A stretch of DNA of 56,462 nucleotides, counting the filler, from Squatina squatina (Eukaryota), in NCBI GenBank assembly GCA_031763465.1. It is 4 parts of 4 records of this genome, joined end to end, with 100 filler letters (N's around TTAATTAATTAA, not from the genome) between each part and the next. Parts side by side here need not be neighbours in the genome. Positions count along the whole stretch, not along the records: positions 30,090 to 43,884 come from JARFOE010000038.1; positions 43,985 to 56,462 come from JARFOE010000219.1; 2 more parts are not named here. One strand, given 5' to 3'. The number at the start of each line of letters is the position of its first letter. Position 1 is the stretch's first letter. The notes beneath the pieces are model-generated. The model was not told where the DNA came from. It saw nothing but the letters and a program-made list of their open reading frames with translations, and ran no database searches. This document shows positions 38,395-50,799 of the stretch, piece after piece. The position numbers were made by a program, and so were the translations under genes.

Positions 38395-38765
38395 GGGAAT
38401 TTTAATTCAGTTAATTGAATAAAGCTGGAATAAAACGCTAGTGTCAGTAATGGTTACCATGAAGATATCCGATTGTCGTAAAAACTCATCTGGTTCACTA
38501 AAGCCCCTTCGGGAAGGAAATCTGCTGTCCTTACCCAGTCTTGCCTATACGTGACTCCAGATCCACAGCAATATGGTTGGCTCGTAACTGTCCTCTGAGG
38601 AGGCCTAGCAAGAAACTCAGTTGTACCATGCCACTACAAAGCATACTTTACCACACCGACAGCAGCGCACCAAGTAGGTGGCTCACCATTACCTTCGAGG
38701 ACAATTAGGGACGGGCTGGCCTTGCCAGCGATGCCCACATCCCATGAACGATTATTAAAAAAAAA
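38395..38765 (+). mobile_element. SINE-like repeat sharing its 3' tail with a LINE family
   Basis: Tail ggccttgccagcgatgcccacatcccatgaa plus A-rich end, also seen at 28700-28745 and in reverse at 46090-46150. Confidence 0.65.
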
Positions 38766-40096
38766 CATGAAGAACTTTTCTACTGTTATTTCTTGTTCCG
38801 TTTTAACATTTCACTTCATTGCTCTGTCCAACACAGAAAATATTGTCACCATTTTGGCAGGGCACAATTCTCGCAATAACTCCAACCTTTAGCAACTAGT
38901 GCTGAATTCCTGTTTCTAATTAACCCCCCGCTACTTCCCATCACCATCTTTTTAAAACACTACTGTCACATCGCAAACACTTGTTCATTGAGATAATCAG
39001 CTGAAACATAATAGGTTCTGGTTCCCTTTGTAATTTCAGCTCCATCGAGCACCAATGTTCCTATTTGTAGCCTTGTGCATGTCTGAGATGCTAACGAGTC
39101 AAACTGCTCCCTGCATTTGCAATTAAAAGCCCTGACTAAATCATAATGACAGAGTTTTTCTGGAAGTGACAATACTGAGTTTGACTATAGGCAACTGGCC
39201 TGTCAAGAAGCATAAAAAAAGACATGCATTTCAACAGCTTTTTCATTCAAGGTGGTGAGAAAAAGCAACTGGAATTCCCATTCCTCACCACGAACTCAAG
39301 ATTTTGGTTGGGAGGGACAGATATTTTGCAGTCTAATAAGGCGAGGCTCAGGGTTGGACTGATGGGTCACCATGACCAAACACCGCACCAACACAAAGAC
39401 TGATCACTCGGACACACAGTACTGGAGGCTGGGCCGAGCCTAGGCTACTTGGGCCAGGAAGGCATTACAGCTTAGCTTGATTCCCCTCCTCGTTCGCTTG
39501 CTCACTCACTTTCTGGCACCACTCACCAGACAAACGCAGGCCGACTTTTCTCTCCTTAGCCCAGGAACCACCGTCGTGTCCCCCGAGTTGAGATCAGCCA
39601 GTTATTACATGCCGCATGTTTCTCAGTGCCACCGCAGCTCCCATAGTGAGGCATCTGGTAATCCTGACCAATGCTCTCTCCGAGCTGCGTGCGAGGCCGC
39701 ATAGTAATCTGTAAGGTACCGTGCAGGCTGCTCACAAGCTTTTCCAGTGGAAATATCGCACATACGCAAAAAGTGAAAAGGACCGCGCGTTGAAATTAAC
39801 CGGCCCAGCACAACAAAGACATTTAGAGGGAACATTGCTCCTGATTCTTTAACACGTTTAACTATACAATGAAGAAATTCATTAATATAGCATCTTGTGT
39901 TTCAAATGATCTGAAGCACTTCACATACAAATCACTTTCTGCAGGGAAGCACCTTGTGTAGGGAGGTGCAGCAGAAACAGCAATGAAATAAAAGATGTAT
40001 TCCTGGCGAGGGAAATGTGCTAGTTCAGACAGCAGAACTCTGCTTTTCTGCCAACAGTGCCACAGGATCCTTCTGAACAGACAGAGCCTTGGTTTA

Positions 40097-40354
<258 letters not shown>

Positions 40355-40665
40355 TTAAAAAAAGTCACAAAGAGTTTCTGTACCAGAGGTTTATGAACAA
40401 GGTAGAGATTTGGGCTCAAAACTGCTCTGGGAGTCACATTTCTAGGCTGAACACAGGCTCTAATGCTGAACTGAGGTGACTCCAGATTTTCCCTCAGTCG
40501 GGCAAGTGCAGTTGGCACCAGGCCAAGAACTCACCCCAAGAAAACCGCAGCCAGGAACCAAAGTCCTACCAGCCGGCAGTATGACAAGTTGCCTCTGCTC
40601 TGCACAATGTTACACCCATATTAAGCATCAATCTTCGAAATAATGCCCTTTTGATGAAAAGCATT

Positions 40666-41346
40666 GGCCCTGAAATTGCGATCGGAGGCTTCCTGTGTGC
40701 GGGTGCATCCAATGGCCATTTCCCTTACGTACTTACCCAAGGGTCCTGGATCCACGGGAGTTTGCGATATTCAGCCGCCCCCCTGCCCCTCCGAGTTGGA
40801 GATTCGGAGCCGGGCTCTCTAGTTTCCCGGGCAAGTCGAGCGAAGAGGCTGGAAAGGTCACATGGGAGGCCCAGCCAATTAGGTAGGCGTATCTTTTATT
40901 GAAGTTTTGACAGCTCTCAGTGATCTGTCAAGATCTGCCAAAACTTCAATAAAAGATGAAAAACACAAACACATCACAAAACATTTTTAAAACCATTTTA
41001 ACATTAAAATTTAATAAAAAGGAGACAAGACCATTTTTTTTTAAATGAAAAAAAAATCTTTTAAAATGTTTAAAAACACTTACCTTACTGGGAATGGTTT
41101 TAAAGTAATGTCCCATTAATTAAAAAAAAAGTTTGTTACGCAGGTAAAACCAAGCAGATACGCTAGGTTTTACCAAATGTAAAAAATTTGAAGAGATCCC
41201 CAGCAAAAGCTTTGCAAAAATATCACAAAGCTCAGCGCTGGGGATGAGCTCCACAGCCGAAGCGTTGGATTGGTCAAGATTCTTGACAGATCGCAAATGC
41301 CGGTTATGCGGGCTTACGATTGGCAGCCCCCGTAACCGGTTTTTGC
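40666..41346. mobile_element. GC-rich non-autonomous DNA-transposon-like repeat
   Basis: aaattgcgatcggaggc..cgtacttacc..ggcccagccaat is collinear with the reverse complement of about 54430-54625. Contains an internal 27-bp inverted repeat. Confidence 0.5.
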
Positions 41347-41774
41347 NNNNNNNNNNNNNNNNNNNNNNNNNNNNNNNNNNNNNNNNNNNNNNNNNNNNNN
41401 NNNNNNNNNNNNNNNNNNNNNNNNNNNNNNNNNNNNNNNNNNNNNNGTGAACGTTGGCCAGGACACAGGCTGAGCTCCCTGCATACGCTCTCCCTTCAAT
41501 CATCGTCTGCGTCCACCCGAGCAGGCAGAGTTCACCTTGCTTTTAAGGCAGAGGGTTGCCCAGTCCGAAGCTGAGCTACACGATTAGACGTTCTGGTAAA
41601 ATGAATAAGTACTAGGAAATCTTTAAGCAAAGAACTCAGACGTACTAATGCAACAAACATTCCTCATTGAAGCTGTTAATCAGAATGAACAAACTGATAG
41701 ACAGATTAAACTCTTTGCACAGATCTAGTCAGCAAGCTTGGAAGAACCTTAAAAAAAAAGACTATTGATATCAC

Positions 41775-42425
41775 AAACAAAAAAACAGAGAATGCTGGAA
41801 GTACTCAGTGGGTCAGGCAACGTCTGTGGAGAAAGAAACAGAATTAACGTTTCAGGTCGATGACCCTTTATCAAAACTGGAAAAAGTTAGAGCTGTAATG
41901 GGTTTTTAAGCAAGTACAGAGGCAGGGGAAAGGGGGGAGGGGAGGAAAGAACAAAAGGGAAGGTCTGTGATAGGGTGGGAGGCAGGAGAGATTAAGAGAT
42001 GGTGCAAGGCAAACGGAGGTGGTAATGGACAAATCAAGAAATTAAAGATGTGTCTATCAGAGTGTGAATCAGCAACAGCAGTTAGAGGGAAACAAAAACA
42101 CAGAATAACTAAAGAAAGAAAAAAAATTATGGTCTGAAATGGTTGAACTCGATGTTGAGTCCAGAAGGCTGTGAAGTGCCTAATCGAAAGACGAGGGGCT
42201 GTTCCTCGAGCTTACGTTGAGCTTCATTGGAAGAGTGTAAGAGACCAAGGATGGGGAGATCAGAGTGGGAATGAAGCGGAGAATCCAAGTGACAGGCGAC
42301 CGGGAGCTCGGGGTCACCCTTACGGACCGAACGGAGGCTGTTCCGCAAAGTGGGTCACCCAAACTGCGACTGGTCTCCCCAACGCAGAGGAGACTGCGTC
42401 GTGAGCAGTGAATGCAGTGTTATTA
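41775..42425 (-). mobile_element. Penelope-like retroelement 3' fragment (GIY-YIG endonuclease C-terminus plus terminal repeat)
   Basis: Minus strand CIHCSRRSLLCVGETSRSLGD (degenerate YIGET), frameshifting into LRSVRKGDPELPVACHLDSPLHSHSDL..RKLEEQPLVFRLGTSQPSGLNIEF*. Followed by a pyrimidine-rich tract and a hammerhead motif. Confidence 0.88.
41842..41878 (-). ncRNA. Minimal type-I hammerhead ribozyme motif (U3-A8 variant)
   Basis: AGUU-UUGAUAA-AGGGUCAUCGACCU-GAAA-CG-UU^AAUU. Stem I AGUU/AAUU, core box, stem II GGGUC/GACCU, GAAA, palindromic ACGU stem III and GUU cleavage triplet are all present. Confidence 0.65.
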
Positions 42426-43031
42426 AATTAAACAAGCAGGTTTTACGGAGCGTCTCAAAGGAGGACACAATAAAGGAGGAGGCTGGAGGGGGCGGAAAAT
42501 AAGTCTTCGCCAGTAGAGTGAAACACGCTCATACTGAATCGCCAACCCGTTTTACATCGCGCACGATCTTCTCGCGACTGGTGAAGACCTATCTCCCACC
42601 CCCCATGGAAACCTGTCACCTTGAGAAGGGGTTGGAAGTCCGAGGTGAGAAAAAGTTGTCCAATTACAAGATAAGGTTGCTTTGGATCTCAAGTTTTTGG
42701 GCTCGCCAAATGTTAACAGCCCTGGAGCCAAGACCTGACGTTACACCCGAGATGTAAAGAGGGTCCACAAAGTAGAGGTTAGAGCAAGATTCAAAGTCTA
42801 GGTTCATCCAGTTTTCAGCTCTCCCTTCCCTCCGCTGAAGGAACCCTACATAACCCATTGAGCCTTAGTTCCTCTTTTAACCTCTCGTGCTTTTGTGCGC
42901 GCGCTTATTTTACCCTTCAAAGGGTTTTCTTCACAGCATATCCAAGCCTGCCAATCTCTAGCCGGCGCCCACCCATTGGAAGGTCACTACTTCCCCTTTC
43001 CCCCGATTATTTACATTTCTTTCGCATTGTT

Positions 43032-43205
43032 TCAGTCCAAATCCAAGTCCGAGTCCGAGTGCAATGAGATCTGTTCTGCCATCTGCTGCACCGTCTCGTC
43101 CAATGGCGTGAGCTTCCCATCACAGCCTACTCCCATTGGCTGGATAATCTGCTCCCTGTCAGGAAGCGCGTGGCACACTACAACAACTGGCTGCGGAAAA
43201 ACATT
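43032..43205 (-). CDS. Terminal coding exon, probably BCL2L12
   Basis: Open from the contig edge: NVFPQPVVVVCHALPDREQIIQPMGVGCDGKLTPLDETVQQMAEQISLHSDSDLDLD*. It lies between SCAF1 and PRMT1 on the same strand, where BCL2L12 sits in mammals. Identity is inferred from synteny only. Confidence 0.4.
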   Translation of the reverse strand, partial: NVFPQPVVVVCHALPDREQIIQPMGVGCDGKLTPLDETVQQMAEQISLHSDSDLDLD

Positions 43206-43497
43206 NNNNNNNNNNNNNNNNNNNNNNNNNNNNNNNNNNNNNNNNNNNNNNNNNNNNNNNNNNNNNNNNNNNNNNNNNNNNNNNNNNNNNNNNNNNNNNN
43301 NNNNNCCTTCAGGAGAGGAGTGGAGTGGAGTGGAGTAAAGAAATAGAAACTCGTGCCTGACTAAGCAACTACTTCAAATCAGGTACCTAAACCAAGAAAG
43401 GGTGAATAAAAGGAGGATGATAAGTACTGGCCGCACCATCTTGCATCGTTCTACAAAAAAGCCCAGAGTCAACGTGTGAAAGATGGGAGGTGCTCAC

Positions 43498-43626
43498 CTT
43501 ATGTACAGCTTTGCGGAGAATGTCTTTGTAATCGTCCTTGTTGATCTCCTTCCTCTGATAGAACGGTTTGATGGCCAGTTTCACCTCCTCCACCGCTCGC
43601 TCCTGTGTATTCAGCTTCTTCAGGTA
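43498..43626 (-). CDS. SCAF1: SR-related CTD-associated factor 1, CTD-binding domain exon
   Basis: ctgctcacag|[43 protein letters not shown]|gtgagc, 129 nt. SCAF1/PHRF1/SCAF11 family; YLKKL.TQ, AVHK and linkage to PRMT1 favour SCAF1. Confidence 0.8.
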
Positions 43627-43928
43627 CTGTGAGCAGAGGAGCAACAGAATCAGTCTCTGCCCTCTTGCACTGGGACGTCTCGGCTTGGTTCTCCCAAACA
43701 GCTCGAGCCCATGGTGCGCAACCCTTTGGGCGTGAACACAAGGCCCATTGGGTGTTGGCAGCCTATTTGACTGCAGAACGCATCACAGCCCAGTTCGTCC
43801 TCACCCGACATCCACTTTCCCGCAGTGGTCAATGGAGAACAAGTGGGGGATTGGGAGGGGGGATTGGTTACATATTTTTCTACANNNNNNNNNNNNNNNN
43901 NNNNNNNNNNNNNNNNNNNNNNNNNNNN

Positions 43929-43940
43929 TTAATTAATTAA
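43929..43940. other. Synthetic assembly linker TTAATTAATTAA
   Basis: Centred in the 100-nt gap 43885-43984. Confidence 0.95.
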
Positions 43941-43984
43941 NNNNNNNNNNNNNNNNNNNNNNNNNNNNNNNNNNNNNNNNNNNN

Positions 43985-44285
43985 AAATATCTGCGCTCCT
44001 CTAATTCTGCCCTCTTGAGTGCATCTGATTGTAATCGCTCAACCATTGGTGGCCTAGGCCCTAAGCTCTGGAATTCCTTCCCTAAACCTCTCCGCCTCTC
44101 TACCTCTCTTTCCTCCTTTAAGACACTCCTTAAAACCTACCTCTTTGACCAAGTTTTTGGTCATCTACCCTAATATCTTCTTGCATGGTTCGGAGTCAAA
44201 TTCTGTTTGATAGCTCTTCTGTGAAACACCTTGGGATGTTTTACTATGTTACAGGCGCGATACAAATACAAGGTGTTGCTGTAAA
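43985..44285 (+). mobile_element. L2 LINE 3' end
   Basis: ctctggaattcc..cttaaaacctacctctttgaccaag..cttgggatgttttactatgtta..aaatacaag is a typical L2 terminus. Other copies at 16628 and about 51695-51930. Confidence 0.8.
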
Positions 44286-44530
44286 CCAGAGGGAGAACCA
44301 CACTGCAGGAGAACCGGGGTTACAATGTTGTAGCTCATCTCCGACACACCCTCCCCATGGGTGCAGTGTACTGCTGAGGTCACGGAATTACCCCCAATAT
44401 GAATTCTCTGCATTTTTCTTTTGGAAAATGTAGATACATTTGCCCTTAAAAAGCTGAAAATGGACCTGATAATTTCGACAGATGTTGGAAACAAGCATGA
44501 ATCGATTATTGTACAATGCTCTTCTCTTAC

Positions 44531-44684
44531 CTATCTTCCCCACCAGCAATATCCTTCTGATGTAAAGAACTGGGGCCCCACGTCCGGCCTTTCTTTTTAT
44601 GCCCCTTTTTTTCTTCCTCGTCACATTCTTCTCGCTGAAACACTGCACTGCGGCCCCAGGTCTTAGTGCTTTCACCTGGTGTTA
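44531..44684 (-). CDS. MAP3K9: MAP3K9 (MLK1) exon downstream of the CRIB region
   Basis: ttcatag|(L)[50 protein letters not shown]|gtaaga, 154 nt. Matches MLK1 [21 protein letters not shown]. Confidence 0.9.
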
Positions 44685-45599
44685 CTATGAAGAGGTTAAA
44701 AAGATGGCCGTTTATCCCAGTAGTTTCATATCAGTCACTGGTGAAATAATTTAAGGTTATTCAACATGTAGGATTTTTATGCAAAGCGTACAACTTGTCC
44801 AGCAATGGTTCACATCTAGCACATCTAACTGCAAGACCAAATGCGGCTCCGCCGTTGTCGACCAAGCATTAGAGCCTCATTACCTGACGACAATGATCTC
44901 CTTCCCCTCCCCCCACCACCCCCCCGCCACTCTTCCCAAAGGTGCATNNNNNNNNNNNNNNNNNNNNNNNNNNNNNNNNNNNNNNNNNNNNNNNNNNNNN
45001 NNNNNNNNNNNNNNNNNNNNNNNNNNNNNNNNNNNNNNNNNNNNNNNACTCACTATCCTTGTGGTTGAAAAGACTGAGGCCAGGGATTGAGGGGAGCAGA
45101 TTTGAACCAGCAATTGTCCCATTCACACCGCATCCCACCCATCCGCCACCACAGCATTTATCTCACTGGTCCAGTTAAGTTTCTGGTCAATGGTGACACC
45201 CCAGGATGTTGATGGTGCGGTATTTGGCAATGGGGGTCAGTGGATAGACTCTCGCATGTTGGAGATGGTCATTGCCTGGACATGAACAAAACCAAACAAT
45301 TTCCCATGAGAATTTTTAGCAAAAGTCTTCACTGAGTATCTGAAAACTATCTGGAATTATTACAGTGACTGGCTATATTGCATTAACGCTTGTGATGACT
45401 TCAGCATTTCTGATCTCCTAACAGAACTTAAACTTAACTTAACACCCCCTTGAATAATGTGAGGTTCACAACTGCTCTATACATTTTTCTAATTCCCCTT
45501 TTCAACATTCAGCCAAGGAAATCAGCAGACCCTCCCTCTACCCCTCTCACCACCACCCCCAACCCGGTCTGTCCTTTTTGAATGTAGGAGATACTGTCA

Positions 45600-45851
<252 letters not shown>

Positions 45852-46089
45852 TTAATCTGAACAAAACTAACCTCATTGGACAGCTCTTCAAAAACTGGTA
45901 GATATTTATGTCCGTTCAATCTGCAGGAGAGAAAATGTCAAAGAACCATCTAGCTCAAGATATTTTGGTAATTCAAATACAAACATTCTTTAAGATTTTA
46001 GATTTATGATTGGCAGCTTTCTGAATCCAACAGTTATTTAAATGTGGAAGCGCACATGCATTCCTTGTTCTGCTAGTTCAAGTTTTTTA

Positions 46090-46610
46090 AAATTCATTCC
46101 TGGGATGTGGGCATCACCTGCAAAGCCAGCATTTATTGTCCATTGCTAATTGTCCTTGAGAAGGTAGTGGTGAGCCGCCTTCTTGAACCACTGCAATCCA
46201 TGTGATGAAGGTACTCCCACAGTGCTGTTAGGAAGAGAATGCAGGATGTTGACCCAGCGACAATGAAGGAAAGGTGATACAGTTCCAAGTCAGGATGGTG
46301 TGCAACTTAAGGGGGGGAACTTGATGGTGGTGATGGGGTTTCCATGTGCCTGTTGCCCTTGTCCTTCTAGGTGCTGCCAAAGAAGCTTTGGCGAGTTGCT
46401 GCAGTGCATCTTGTGGATGGTACACACTGCAGCCACGGTGCGCCAGTGGTGGAGGGAGTGAATGTTTATGGCGGTGGATGGGTTGCCAAACAAACGGTCT
46501 GCTTTGTCCTGGATGGTGTCGAGCTCCTTGAGTATTGTTGGAGCTGCACTCGTCCAGGCAAGTGGAGGGTATCCCATTACACTTCTGACTTGTGCCTTGT
46601 AGATGGAAAA
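46090..46610 (-). mobile_element. CR1/L2-superfamily LINE 3' fragment
   Basis: IYKAQVRSVMGYPPLAWTSAAPTILKELDTIQDKA is a post-RT C-terminal motif. A second, older copy lies at about 50800-51470 (+). Confidence 0.8.
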
Positions 46611-46775
46611 GCTGTCAATGCGAAATGTGTCTGAAGCGTTCTCCCCGCTTCCTGTTAATCTGTGGAAAAAACCTCCCCTCATTCAGCAGCAACTGACAAT
46701 CTTAGACAGCGCAGGAAGGAATGACGACAAGGTTGGCAGTATGAAGTGCAATTCTAGTGTTGGGGATGAAACACA

Positions 46776-46883
46776 TTTGATGGAACAGTGTAGATGGAGC
46801 TTTACCCTGTATCTAACCCGTGCTGTACCAGCCCTGGGAGTGTTTGATGGGACAGTGTAGAGGGAGCTTTACTCTGTATCTAA
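46776..46883. repeat. 67-bp tandem repeat, about 1.6 copies before the gap
   Basis: tttgatgg(a/g)acagtgtaga(t/g)ggagctttac(c/t)ctgtatctaa repeated at 46776 and 46843. Confidence 0.75.
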
Positions 46884-46983
46884 NNNNNNNNNNNNNNNNN
46901 NNNNNNNNNNNNNNNNNNNNNNNNNNNNNNNNNNNNNNNNNNNNNNNNNNNNNNNNNNNNNNNNNNNNNNNNNNNNNNNNNNN

Positions 46984-47252
46984 AGATACAGAGAAACTAT
47001 TTCCTCTGATGCGGGAATCCAGAACAAGGAGACAGTCTTAAAATTGGAGCTAGGCAATTTCGGAGTGAAATCAGGAAGCACTTTTTCCACACAAAGAGTA
47101 GTGGTAATCTGGAACTATCTCCCCAAAAGGCTGAGGATACTGGGGGTCAAATTAAGTTTACAAACCTGGGATCGACAGATTTTTGTCAGGCAAGGTTATC
47201 AAGGGATATGGAGCAAAGGGGGGTAAATGAAGTTTGGGTATAGGTCAGCCAC
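46984..47252 (+). mobile_element. CR1 LINE 3' end
   Basis: DTEKLFPLMRESRTR, FSTQRVV..WN.LP motifs and CR1-type 3' UTR. Similar tails at about 29830-29990 and 52030-52205. Confidence 0.8.
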
Positions 47253-47267
47253 GAAAAGAGAAAAAAA

Positions 47268-47580
47268 AACTTACATTTATATAGCGCTTTTCACGACCAC
47301 CGAAAGTCTCAAACCACTTTACAGCCAACGAAGTACTTTTGAAGTGTAGTCACTGTTGTACCGTGGGGAAACGCGGCAGACAATTTGCGCACAGCAAGCT
47401 CCCACAAACAGCAATGTGATAATGACCAGGTAATCTGTTTTGTTATGTTGATTGAGGGATAAATATTGGCCAGGGCACCAGGGATAACTCCCCTGCTCTT
47501 CTTTGAAATAGTGCCATGGGATCTTTTATGTCCTCCTGTGAGAACAGACTGAGCCTCGGCTTAATGTTTTATTCAAAAGA
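47268..47580 (-). mobile_element. DeuSINE-type (SacSINE1-like) SINE
   Basis: Contains AAATAGTGCCATGGGATCTTTTA (reverse of the Deu-domain core AAAGATCCCATGGCAC) and an L2-type tail. Several copies in the window. Confidence 0.8.
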
Positions 47581-48168
47581 CGTGATTGAATGTTGGGAGG
47601 GGGCAGGGGGGTGGGAAACTCAGATTCCAATGGCTGAATGCTCCTATTTCCCAATGTAGGTTGATGTTACATTCCTTAGTTTGCAGAGGGAAAGCCCTGC
47701 CCAAATGGGGCTCATTCGCAAAACATCGGCTTAAACTGAGAGCCTTACTTCCTACCACTGAATCTGCCAGGATCTGGTTCCTTCCGATTTTCCGGGACTA
47801 TGCATAAAGTATGTGCTCTGGTAAGGTACCCTTATCTTCATTGGTCCATAGTACAATGGAGCAGTGGAAGAAATCTGCAAACTGTACCATCTGGGCAGAT
47901 TTTACATTATGGGATACACTGCAATTCATGTTAACCCTACCGCCACTTCCTTTTGTATTTCCAACATTAAAAGCACACTCAAGGGAATTAATTTCACATC
48001 GCAACTGAAGGAGTGAAGCAAACCTGAATTTGTATAACTCCATTTCACAATACACTTTTATGCAGCACAATGTATGCAGCAAAACAACTTATGCCCCTAA
48101 GCTGTTTGAACTTCTTCCATTAAAAAAAATCAACAAGCACATCCTTGCCTGGTGGCATTCAATTTTCA

Positions 48169-48744
<576 letters not shown>

Positions 48745-49129
48745 CTAAATAGCCAACAGAGGAAGAAAAGAGAATTGATTTATTGCAGCTCATTTTATGT
48801 ACCTTTTGTCCCTGACAGCACATGTCGTTTCTCCTCGTTTTGCTGATAGTGTTACATTTATTCCATTTTATTTGACTTCATGTTGTCTTTCATACACTGC
48901 AGATACCTACCCACTGATTCCATCGTCAATTCTATTAAATAAGAACTCTCAATTGTCTGATCGACCACCTTTATGCTGTAATTTCTTTTCATATATTTTC
49001 CCACAAACACAATCCAATTAAACAACACAGGAAAGCATCCCTGTAAAAGTAGCTATGTGTATTTGAACTTTGAACCTCAAATTCTTGTTCTCCCCTCTTT
49101 CAAAAAAGGAACTTCTTGCAGCTTAATTT

Positions 49130-49222
49130 TGCCATTCTGATGAAGGACCCCAGGTGTAGCAAACAAGTTTTCTCTTGCAGATGCTGACTGACCTGTTGTG
49201 CATTTCTAGCATCTTCTGTTTG
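49130..49222 (+). mobile_element. Decayed Penelope-like terminal remnant with CTGATGA box
   Basis: ttCTGATGAagg..tctcttgcagatgctgactgacctg..tttctagcatcttctgttt. The GAAA box is lost. Confidence 0.55.
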
Positions 49223-49616
49223 ACACAATTCATACTTAAGACACTTATGTGTGACTCATACTTCACAGCTATCTGTTCTCTTCCTATTCTCCAACTGTCT
49301 TTCCTGTTCCCTATTCCTTAATATTTAGAAATTGTCTTGATAAATAATTCCAGGAACCCATCAAATCGAGACCAGTAGTCAATTATAAGTTGGCATCCGG
49401 TTAGGTTACTCTTCGACTTGTTGTAACAAGGTTTGCTTAGACCAGAGTGACACTGGAATGGTTGAAATAGAAAATGTCTCAAATACCGAATAACCATCAT
49501 GCAGGTTTCAGTGTTACTTAAGCTTGGTCTTTGGAATGAACTCGAGGTTAATCTCAAGCAAAGAAGGAGTCAGAATTATTCTAGACACTCCTTTGATCCA
49601 GATCAGATACTTTACA

Positions 49617-50394
49617 AATAATCAAAAGGGAATATATACTAAGTGGCAGTGCCCTGGGTTAGACTGTGTGTGTTAGGCATAAAAATAACAAACCCAATGT
49701 TAAGTAAGTTGAAACAAGAGAAGCCAGAAATTGGAGAGTATGAAGAAACCTCACTCAAAATGGTGATCACCATCATATCGGAGAAAACATTATTCCTGGA
49801 CCGACATCATTTTGTATGTGGGGTGGGGGATGCGGGGGGAAGGCATGATAAAAACGGGAGGATAAACTTATCAAGGGCAGGGAAGTCAGTATTGAAGAAA
49901 TAAACACACTTCTATTTCTGGCATCCAATCGCAGTTTAACTTAAAGCACAAACCAACATTCCCAAGAACAGGCAATGATTCATGCTGGGATATAATTCAC
50001 CCAAGTACCACTTTTCACGTTCCACCTTAACCAATGAGTGGCATTGGGCCACTTTGAATGTGCAAGACATCATAGCCAAGCTCAGCCTTGTCCTCACACA
50101 GAAATCCATGCAAATGCAATTATTTTTACAAGTGTTCAAGAACAACAACCCTGGACAATGCATAATCCATTGGTAGCCCTGGGCCTTCTGTGTTAACCTC
50201 ACAGCTGCCAGATGAGATTGGCCACATACAATGAGGTAAATTGGCTTGCTCCTATTGCTATCCTTGGTTAGACTGGCTAATCTAGGACTTCTGCTGATTT
50301 AACTTACTTTACATTGGGTCTGTTCCTTTTATGCCGAACACACAAAGTCTAACCCAGGGCACTGCCACTTAGTACATATTCCCTTTTGATTATT
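49617..50394. mobile_element. MITE-like element or long inverted repeat (about 107-bp arms)
   Basis: 49617-49723 is the reverse complement of 50288-50394; the outer 68 bp have 3 mismatches. TA flanks ATCAAAAGGG...CCCTTTTGAT on both sides. Confidence 0.7.
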
Positions 50395-50799
50395 AGGTCT
50401 CTTTGCCACAAATTGGACCTGCCCATTTCTACCCATATCAGGTACTTGTCTGCTGAGAATTCTTACAGACATGGATTAAATCAAGACTATTTGTCTTTAG
50501 CTCAGTGGTTTTTCTGAGAGAGCGTTGATTCTGCTTGAAATTTACTGTGAGGCTTGCACAACATTCCTCCAGAGAATTTACAACACTAAAGGTGCGCCTT
50601 AGCAGCACGTAGAACTATAAATTCACAATGTACAAGACAGAGAAAATTGACAGAAAAATCAGAGTCCAGTAGCTCAGCTTAAAATGGATCACATNNNNNN
50701 NNNNNNNNNNNNNNNNNNNNNNNNNNNNNNNNNNNNNNNNNNNNNNNNNNNNNNNNNNNNNNNNNNNNNNNNNNNNNNNNNNNNNNNNNNNNNNTAGCA

